From: an uncultured Rhodospirillaceae bacterium
GTDB lineage: Bacteria > Pseudomonadota > Alphaproteobacteria > Rhodospirillales > Defluviicoccaceae
DNA length: 64,000 nt
Direction of reading: 5' to 3'
Assembly (NCBI GenBank): GCA_964517265.1
Contig: CAZFBS010000003.1
Location: 71,500 to 135,499 of the forward strand
The position numbers and the translations under genes were made by a program. Shown in pieces: positions 57,520 through 64,000 of this stretch. Positions within the stretch are counted from its first letter, which is position 1. Each line of letters starts with the position of its first letter. The notes under the pieces are model-generated. The model searched no databases. It was not told the DNA's origin and worked only from the letters and a program-made list of their open reading frames with translations.

Positions 57520-59319
57520 ATGGCGGATCAACACGCCTCGGGCCGGACGTTGTCGGACCCGGCCCAGTTGGCACGTTCACTGGCCGATATCGCCGAACGA
57601 AGCCAGCGCCTTCTCACGGATTGGATGACCAGAAATGGCCTTGCCGGTCCGAGGGCTGCGATGTCGGAGACGTTGGAGATCGCCGGCAGTTTCGCCGATC
57701 TGACCACGCACATGGTGACGGATCCGGCACGAATGGCTCAGGCACAGGTGTCCCTGTGGAGCGCATACATGGAGTTGTGGCAGAACACCGCAACCCGGAT
57801 GCTGGGGTTTCAGACCGAGCCTCTCTACGAGCCACTGAAAGGGGATCTGCGCTTTCAACATCCCGCTTGGCGGGAGAACGAGATCTTCAACTACATCAAG
57901 CAGTCCTACCTTCTGGTATCGCGGTGGCTGGAAGAGACCATTCAGGACATCCACGACGTCGACCGGATGACAAAGCAAAAGGTCGAGTTCTACACCCGGC
58001 AGTTCATCAACGCCGTCTCTCCCAGCAACTTCGCCTTCACCAACCCCGAGGTCATCCAGGCGACGATCGAGTCGGGCGGTGAAAACCTGATCCGGGGCCT
58101 GGAGAATCTGCTCGCTGATCTGGAGCAGGGAGATGCTCTCCAGATGGCGAGATTGATCAGCAGCCCCCGGTTCGTTATCGGCAAAACAGTCGCCGCGACA
58201 CCGGGCAAAGTGGTCTATCGGAACGAGCTGATGGAGCTCATTCAGTACAATCCGACCACGCCAACGGTCTTGAAACGACCGCTTCTTTTCATCCCGCCAT
58301 GGATCAACAAGTTCTACATCGTTGATCTCGCGGAGGACAAATCGTGGGTCAAATGGGCGGTGGACCAGGGACACACGGTTTTTCTGATCTCCTGGGTGAA
58401 CCCGATTGGAGAACTGGGCCGGAAACAGTTCGAAGATTACCTCCTCGAAGGACCGATGGTGGCGCTGGACATCATCCGACGGGAAATCGGGGAGGCCGAA
58501 GTCAACGCCGTTGCCTATTGCATTGGCGGTGTCTTGCTGGCGGCGGCAATGGCGTACCTCGCAGGCAAAGGCGACGAACGAATTGCGACCGGCACCTTTC
58601 TTGCGACCCTTCTCGATTTTTCGGAGCCGGGTGATCTGGGCGCGTTCATCGACGAGGCCACCATCGCGGAGTTGGGAAAAGGCGCGCCGGAAGAATGCCA
58701 AGCCGGTGCCGGCAGCATGGCCACCTTCCATCTCCTTCGTGAGAACGACCTGATCTGGTCGTTCGTCGTCAATAACTACTTGCTCGGCCACGACTCGTTT
58801 CCGTTTGATCTTCTTTATTGGAATTGCGACGCCACGGCCATGCCGTACGCCATGCACAGCTTCTATTTGAAGAAGTTCTACAAGGAAAATGTGCTGGTGA
58901 AGCCGGGCGGCATCACCCTTGCCGGTCGCGCCATCGACCTTCGCAAGGTTCGAGCGCCGACCTATTTCTTGTCGACCCGCGAGGACCATATCGCGCCTTG
59001 GCGCTCCACCTACAAGGGCATGCGGCTGCTCTCCGGCCCCGTCCGCTTCACCCTTGCCGGGTCCGGTCATATTTCGGGCATCATCAACCCGCCGAGTGGG
59101 AGCAAACGCGGCTATTGGACCTCCGAGCGCACGCCGCCGGCGGATCCCGAGAGCTGGATGTCCAAATCGCGGCGGAGAGAAGACTCATGGTGGATGGACT
59201 GGGACGGCTGGGTGAAGCGGCAGCCCGGCAACGAAGACAGAGTGGCAGCCAGGGTTCCGGGGCAGAATGCCTCTCGCTGTCTGGGGGATGCGCCAGGCAC
59301 CTACGTTGCGGCCCGATAG
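57520..59319 (+). CDS. phaC: class I poly(R)-hydroxyalkanoate synthase
   Basis: About 600 aa with the lipase-box-like AYCIGGV catalytic cysteine, WNCDATAMP, and typical PhaC length and N-terminus. Confidence 0.9.
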   Translation: MADQHASGRTLSDPAQLARSLADIAERSQRLLTDWMTRNGLAGPRAAMSETLEIAGSFADLTTHMVTDPARMAQAQVSLWSAYMELWQNTATRMLGFQTEPLYEPLKGDLRFQHPAWRENEIFNYIKQSYLLVSRWLEETIQDIHDVDRMTKQKVEFYTRQFINAVSPSNFAFTNPEVIQATIESGGENLIRGLENLLADLEQGDALQMARLISSPRFVIGKTVAATPGKVVYRNELMELIQYNPTTPTVLKRPLLFIPPWINKFYIVDLAEDKSWVKWAVDQGHTVFLISWVNPIGELGRKQFEDYLLEGPMVALDIIRREIGEAEVNAVAYCIGGVLLAAAMAYLAGKGDERIATGTFLATLLDFSEPGDLGAFIDEATIAELGKGAPEECQAGAGSMATFHLLRENDLIWSFVVNNYLLGHDSFPFDLLYWNCDATAMPYAMHSFYLKKFYKENVLVKPGGITLAGRAIDLRKVRAPTYFLSTREDHIAPWRSTYKGMRLLSGPVRFTLAGSGHISGIINPPSGSKRGYWTSERTPPADPESWMSKSRRREDSWWMDWDGWVKRQPGNEDRVAARVPGQNASRCLGDAPGTYVAAR

Positions 59320-59321
59320 CC

Positions 59322-59346
59322 GGAACCTTTCCGGAAAGGGCGCGTT
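59322..59346 (+). promoter_or_regulatory. EcfG-type (general stress response) promoter motif upstream of PRC-barrel gene
   Basis: GGAAC-ctttccggaaagggcg-CGTT (N16), 42 nt upstream of the ATG at 59388 and immediately after the phaC stop. Confidence 0.6.
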
Positions 59347-59387
59347 GTCTGCCTTGTCCAGCTAACGCCTGTCAGGGATGAGCGCAC

Positions 59388-59777
59388 ATGACCAATGAAT
59401 CGCAACTCAAGCAGGATGAAGTCGGCCGCTTGATCTCCGCCGACAAGGTCGAAGGCACCACCGTCTACAATCCGAACGGTGATACCGTCGGAAAAGTGTC
59501 GAACGTCATGATCGACAAGATCTCAGGACGCGTGGCCTACGCCGTGTTGTCGTCCGGCGGCATTCTCGGCATGGGCAAGGATGCCATTGCCCTGCCGTGG
59601 GATGTTCTGAAATACGACACCGGCAAGGGCGGTTATGTCGTTGATGTCGATCACGACAAGTTGGAGAACGCCCCGCAGATGGCCTCGGGCGATTTCCGTG
59701 AACTCGATGACCGCGAGTTCGAAAAGCACATTCACGATTACTACAACATCGACCCATACTGGACATTCGCCGCCTGA
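59388..59777 (+). CDS. PRC-barrel domain-containing protein
   Basis: LISADKVEGTTVYNPNGDTVGKVSNVMIDKISGRVAYAVLSSGGILGMG is the PRC-barrel pattern. Confidence 0.8.
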   Translation: MTNESQLKQDEVGRLISADKVEGTTVYNPNGDTVGKVSNVMIDKISGRVAYAVLSSGGILGMGKDAIALPWDVLKYDTGKGGYVVDVDHDKLENAPQMASGDFRELDDREFEKHIHDYYNIDPYWTFAA

Positions 59778-59991
59778 TTTCGCGGGCGCGACGACACGCT
59801 CGGCCGGGGACGCTCCCGGCCGGGCCGACTCGCGCAGATCGGGTCGGCCTCCGGATGGGGCGCCGCGCAAAGGCTTGCGCGGCGGGGGAGAAGGCGGCGC
59901 GGCGCACACGTAGCGCTTTCCGCTGAGAGAGGTTGGTGCTACCCCTGCCGTATCGAAAGTCTCCTTCTCTTTATCTTCCGGAACGAAATCA

Positions 59992-62169
59992 ATGAACGAT
60001 CTGTGCGTGCGCTTCAAGAAGCCGGCCGAGTGGTCGGACCCGGTCCGTATACACTTCTGGGATCCGTCTCCGGGAGGAGTAGGCGCGACCGAGTGGCCGG
60101 GGGTGCCGATGACGGCGGAAGCGAACGGCTGGTACGGTTTTCGATGGCCAAGCACAACGGCCGTCAGCATGGTGTTCAACGATGGACACGGGCGGCAAAC
60201 GGGGAACCTGCGCCGGGAGAGCAACGGCGACTATGCCGAGGGCCAGTGGTTCGATCACCCTGTCGATGGGCCACCTGCGGCGGCGGCCGGCGGCGCAACC
60301 GCAGCGCCGGAACGCCCGGTTTCCAAAGCAAGGCGGCGGCGTCCCAGCAGTAAAAAGCCGGGCGCTGTTCCGGACTTTCGCGAGGAGACGATCTATTTTT
60401 TGATCACCACACGGTTCTACGACGGCGATCCATCGAACAACTTCTTCTGTCGCGACCGCATCAAGTTCAATAACCACGGCCAAGCGGAGGATCCGCATTG
60501 GCGCGGAGACTTCAAGGGGCTCGTCCAGCGTCTCGACTATATCCGCGATCTCGGCTTCACCGCGATCTGGATCACGCCGCCGGTCGAGAATCGCAGCGGC
60601 CTCGATTACCACGGCTATCATCCCTATGACTGGACCCGGATCGATCCTCGGCTGGAGTCACCCGACTGTACCTATCAGACGCTGATCGACGAAGCCCATG
60701 CGCGCGGCATCAAGATTATCCAGGATGTGGTAATCAACCACTCGTGCCAATTCGGCATTCGCGGCAAAGTCTGGATTGATCATTTGCCGATCAAATACTA
60801 CGTGCCGCATGGCTCCGCGCCCGGCTGCGTCGACCATGGTCCTTACCAGGGCAACCTCGGCAACTATGCGTGGCCCAATCGGGACGACATCGACAATCCG
60901 CTCGCGCCGGATTGGTACCGGGAGCGCCACGAATCGGATCCTGAAGGCAAGGTGCCATTGGTCGATCCGAAGACGGGGGAGAGCGTTCCCAAGGCCGGCT
61001 ACGATCCCAACCGCTTTTTCGGGATCGACGTCAACACCCTCGATCCGGACTGGTACCATCAAGAGGGTTTCATCATGGGGGGCGATTGGGAAAGCGCCTC
61101 GCTGCAGACCAAGCATATTGCCGGCGACTGCATCGACCTCGCGACTCGAAGGGAGAACGTCAAAAACTACCTCGTTGGCGCGATCAACCGGTATCTCGAC
61201 ATGGGCGTCGATGCCTTGCGCATCGATACCGTCAAGCACGTCGAGCGCAACAACCTTCTCGAGTACGTCAACGCCTGGAAGGCGCACAAGCCGGAGCTGT
61301 TCGTTTTCGGCGAGAATCTGGTCAAAGGATACGGCTGGGGGGATCTCGGCGGCGGCGACAATGGACCGTCGTTCATCCGGCCGTGGTGGTACACCCGCCT
61401 CGGCGATGATCCCCGCAACCCCGACTCCGGTGGCGATTCCGGGTTTTCCGTTCTCGACTTCGGCCTGTTCTCCACCTTCCGCGACACCGTCAGCCGCGGC
61501 ACCTATGCCAACACCGGTCAGATCCTGAGCATGGATAGGATCTATGGCGATCCGACCACTCTGGTCACCTTTCTCCAAAACCACGATGTCGGGCCGGACA
61601 ACGATTTCCGCTTCCGCTTCAAAGGCGAACAATGGATGGCGGCCGCCGCCTACAACCTGATCTGGACGGTGCGCGGAATTCCCTGCCTTTACTATGGGGA
61701 AGAGATCGAATTCATGAAGGGAGCCCCTCAGGATGTGATCGAGGAGGGGGATACCCTTGATCGCACCGGGCGCGCCTACTTCGGCGACCATCTGACCGAC
61801 GAGAGAATTGGGGAAACGCAGGCGAACCCGCTCTACCAGCACATCAAGCGCCTCAACCAGATTCGCCGCGCTGTTCCCGCCCTGCAGAAGGCGCCGATGA
61901 GCCATGTTGAGGAATGGGGGGCGGGAATCCGTTTTGTGCGCGACTACAATGACGGCGAAAGCTATGTCGTCGTCGGGCTCGCGATCGGCAGCGATCAGGA
62001 TTTCCGCGTTGAAGGCGTACGCGACGGCATTTATCGGGATGCCGTCACCGGCAACGAAGCCCACGTCTCCGGCGGCCACCTGTCGTTCCACGTCCGCGGG
62101 AACTCCGCAGGCATCTACGTGCTTGATGGTCCGGGCAAGATCGGCATCGACGGCGCTTACTTGCGGTGA
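59992..62169 (+). CDS. GH13 alpha-amylase-family glycoside hydrolase with N-terminal carbohydrate-binding-like module
   Basis: GH13 conserved regions: DVVINH (I), GVDALRIDTVKHV (II), FVFGENL (III) and FLQNHD (IV). The N-terminal ~95 aa (VRIHFWD...WPGVPMT...GWYGF) resemble starch-binding modules. No signal peptide is visible. Confidence 0.85.
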   Translation: MNDLCVRFKKPAEWSDPVRIHFWDPSPGGVGATEWPGVPMTAEANGWYGFRWPSTTAVSMVFNDGHGRQTGNLRRESNGDYAEGQWFDHPVDGPPAAAAGGATAAPERPVSKARRRRPSSKKPGAVPDFREETIYFLITTRFYDGDPSNNFFCRDRIKFNNHGQAEDPHWRGDFKGLVQRLDYIRDLGFTAIWITPPVENRSGLDYHGYHPYDWTRIDPRLESPDCTYQTLIDEAHARGIKIIQDVVINHSCQFGIRGKVWIDHLPIKYYVPHGSAPGCVDHGPYQGNLGNYAWPNRDDIDNPLAPDWYRERHESDPEGKVPLVDPKTGESVPKAGYDPNRFFGIDVNTLDPDWYHQEGFIMGGDWESASLQTKHIAGDCIDLATRRENVKNYLVGAINRYLDMGVDALRIDTVKHVERNNLLEYVNAWKAHKPELFVFGENLVKGYGWGDLGGGDNGPSFIRPWWYTRLGDDPRNPDSGGDSGFSVLDFGLFSTFRDTVSRGTYANTGQILSMDRIYGDPTTLVTFLQNHDVGPDNDFRFRFKGEQWMAAAAYNLIWTVRGIPCLYYGEEIEFMKGAPQDVIEEGDTLDRTGRAYFGDHLTDERIGETQANPLYQHIKRLNQIRRAVPALQKAPMSHVEEWGAGIRFVRDYNDGESYVVVGLAIGSDQDFRVEGVRDGIYRDAVTGNEAHVSGGHLSFHVRGNSAGIYVLDGPGKIGIDGAYLR

Positions 62170-62990
62170 ACCGGAGGAGCATGAGACAAGATTGGCAAAT
62201 CAAGCGAGAGGCTCCGGCTGCGGAGAGGTGGATAAAGACGCCCCGTGGTCGTTTGTTCGCCAGGATCTGGAGAGAGAGTCAGCCTGGCGATGAGGCTAGG
62301 CCGCCGATTGTGCTGTTCCACGACTCGTTGGGGTGCGTCGACGTATGGCGCGATTTTCCGGCGCATCTGTGCCAAGCAACCGGGCGTGCGGTGATCGCCT
62401 ATGACCGGCTCGGCTTCGGCAGGTCCGATCGGCGCTCCGATCGGTTAGGCCTCGATTTTGTTCGAGAAGAATCCCATGACGGCCTTGTTCGGCTGCTGGA
62501 GCAGCTCGAAGTCGGGGATTTCGTTGCGCTCGGGCATAGCGTCGGCGGGGGAATGGCTGTTGTGGCGGCAAGCCTCTTTCCTGATCTGTGCCGCGCTCTG
62601 GTGACCGTGTCCGCTCAGGCGTTCGTTGAGGACCGCACGTTGGCAGGCATTCGTGAGGCGAAGAAAGGTTTCATGCAAGCGGGTCAGGTTGCGCGTCTTG
62701 AGAAATACCACGGCGATAAGGCCGAATGGGTTTTGCAGGCGTGGACGGAAACCTGGTTGTCACCCGCCTTTGCCGACTGGAACCTCGATGACGACCTGGC
62801 AAAGGTGAAGTGTCCTGTGCTGGTTATTCATGGCGAGAACGACGAGTACGGTTCTCGGCGCCATCCCGAACGCATCGGCGCGCGCGTGGCAGGCTCAGCG
62901 GCGATCGCGATTCTGCCGGAATGCGGACATGTTCCTTACCGCGAGAAGGAAGACGATGTTATCGCCATGATCCGGGCGTTTCTTGGATAG
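62166..62990 (+). CDS. alpha/beta-fold hydrolase
   Basis: HDSLG oxyanion region, GHSVGG nucleophile elbow and a C-terminal GH(V). The GTG start overlaps the GH13 stop (GTGA); the ATG at 62181 is an alternative. Confidence 0.8.
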   Translation: MNRRSMRQDWQIKREAPAAERWIKTPRGRLFARIWRESQPGDEARPPIVLFHDSLGCVDVWRDFPAHLCQATGRAVIAYDRLGFGRSDRRSDRLGLDFVREESHDGLVRLLEQLEVGDFVALGHSVGGGMAVVAASLFPDLCRALVTVSAQAFVEDRTLAGIREAKKGFMQAGQVARLEKYHGDKAEWVLQAWTETWLSPAFADWNLDDDLAKVKCPVLVIHGENDEYGSRRHPERIGARVAGSAAIAILPECGHVPYREKEDDVIAMIRAFLG

Positions 62991-63065
62991 GGTGAGCGCG
63001 AGGACGCGAGGAAATCCCGATGAGCGAGGGCGCGGGCGGATCCGCGTGGTGGTAACGGACCGCGC

Positions 63066-64000
63066 TCACAGGTTCTTGAGGATACAGTTGTTCAGGTTGG
63101 CTTTTGTCCTTGCGTCATCCAGTGCCTGGTTCTGATTGCTGACGCGTATCTCGGTGTTGCCGGAGATCCGGGAATTGATCGGGGTGCCGCGAAGAACGAT
63201 CCTCGACACGTGATTTTCCCCGCGCGGGGGCGGGCAGGTGTAATGGGCATTGTTGACGATGCTCACGTTCTTGCCGTTGGCAACAGAAATACCGTTCCTG
63301 CCCGACGCGCAGTAGACATTGTCCGATATCAGAATATCGCTGAACGTGTGTTGCTGACCGGTCTTCGGATGGATGCCGGTTGCCCCACCAAGGAAGATGC
63401 CTTGGACGGCGCCGCAAACACTGCCGATGCCACTGCAGGACGACCCGCCCTCGCCCTGCAGCATCACGTTTCCCCGGATGGTGACATTCGACGAGGGCGT
63501 TATCGTGTTCCGCCCCTTGCCGGCATCGAATTGGATGAAATCGGCATGGCAGGTCTTGCCCTGCTCGGCATAAATGAAAGGACGAAAGGTCGACAGGTAG
63601 TTGCTCTCGATCACGCCATTCGACGAATTCTGAAAGAACAGGCCGTCACATCCCATATCAATCAGAGAATTGTTCTCGATCGTATAGCCATCGACCTGCT
63701 GAAAGATGACACCACGCATGATGTGACTGAAGCGAGACCCCGAAATCACCACGTTCCTGCTATTACCATAGGCACGTATGCCTACAGAAGGAATATCGCC
63801 GAGCCAAGTCTTCGTATCCTTGTTGCCGACAAACGTGCTATCGATGATACGCACGTTCTGTATATTTTTCATCTCGAGGACTTTTGGCTTCCAGTTTTCA
63901 TCGCCTCTCGCTCCGTATTCAAAATGAACATTCTCAATTTGTAAGTTTTCTACATTCGTCAGCCCCAGGTGCTTGATCTTGGCGCCCTCTGTTCCCTGCA
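63066..64000 (-). CDS. right-handed parallel beta-helix repeat protein (polysaccharide lyase/hydrolase-like), 5' end outside window
   Basis: Repetitive I/V-x-N/G turns (VRIIDSTFVGN, VVISGSRF, YTIENNSLID, VIESNYL, VTIRGNVM, ILISDNVY, VSIVNNA). The reading frame stays open upstream of the ATG at 63872 through to position 64000. G+C is visibly lower than in neighbouring genes. Confidence 0.65.
   Translation of the reverse strand, partial: QGTEGAKIKHLGLTNVENLQIENVHFEYGARGDENWKPKVLEMKNIQNVRIIDSTFVGNKDTKTWLGDIPSVGIRAYGNSRNVVISGSRFSHIMRGVIFQQVDGYTIENNSLIDMGCDGLFFQNSSNGVIESNYLSTFRPFIYAEQGKTCHADFIQFDAGKGRNTITPSSNVTIRGNVMLQGEGGSSCSGIGSVCGAVQGIFLGGATGIHPKTGQQHTFSDILISDNVYCASGRNGISVANGKNVSIVNNAHYTCPPPRGENHVSRIVLRGTPINSRISGNTEIRVSNQNQALDDARTKANLNNCILKNL

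Noticed and set aside
57577-59070. 497-aa minus-strand ORF
   Set aside because: Antisense to phaC.
60658-62091. 477-aa minus-strand ORF
   Set aside because: Antisense to the GH13 gene, whose four catalytic regions are intact.
1-64000. CRISPR arrays, transposases/IS elements, prophage or toxin-antitoxin/defence cassettes
   Set aside because: Reading both strands, I found no regularly spaced repeats, no terminal inverted repeats bracketing a transposase-like ORF, and no recognisable defence-system proteins.

Overview
High-GC chromosomal segment with alphaproteobacterial (Rhodospirillales-like) synteny: NDUFA12-like, mlaD, DUF2155 and aat together, a three-gene pntAA/pntAB/pntB, and aminotransferase-hom-recJ. 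It is densely packed with about 55 mostly housekeeping genes. These cover B12-dependent ribonucleotide reductase nrdJ, transhydrogenase, ALA synthase, propionyl-CoA carboxylase pccAB plus MeaB, PPi-type phosphofructokinase, RecJ, homoserine dehydrogenase, PHA synthase, a GH13 amylase and one tRNA-Glu. I saw no transposase, integrase, CRISPR array or recognisable defence system, and I cannot point to a clear novel multi-gene system. Six observations deserve follow-up. (1) An ~800-bp AT-rich gene-free region upstream of nrdJ carries five same-orientation DnaA boxes, three of them phased at 21 bp, plus tandem NrdR-box-like sites. This is either a DnaA/NrdR-controlled nrdJ promoter or an origin-like or DnaA-titration locus. 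(2) An RquA-like (rhodoquinone biosynthesis) methyltransferase lies downstream of a GGDEF gene. (3) Two exact GGAAC-N16/17-CGTT (EcfG-type general stress response) promoter motifs precede a PRC-barrel gene and a DUF3072 gene. (4) A two-cysteine ArsR-family regulator is divergent from a tusA-like sulfur carrier. (5) There are two separate pairings of a tandem universal stress protein with an ArsB/NhaD-type permease. (6) An orphan ExeA-like AAA+ ATPase with a peptidoglycan-binding domain is present, and a lower-GC beta-helix gene is cut by the window end. Product calls come from reading the translated ORFs and recalling family motifs; no database search was run. Many start codons are re-picked from the ORF track and remain provisional.
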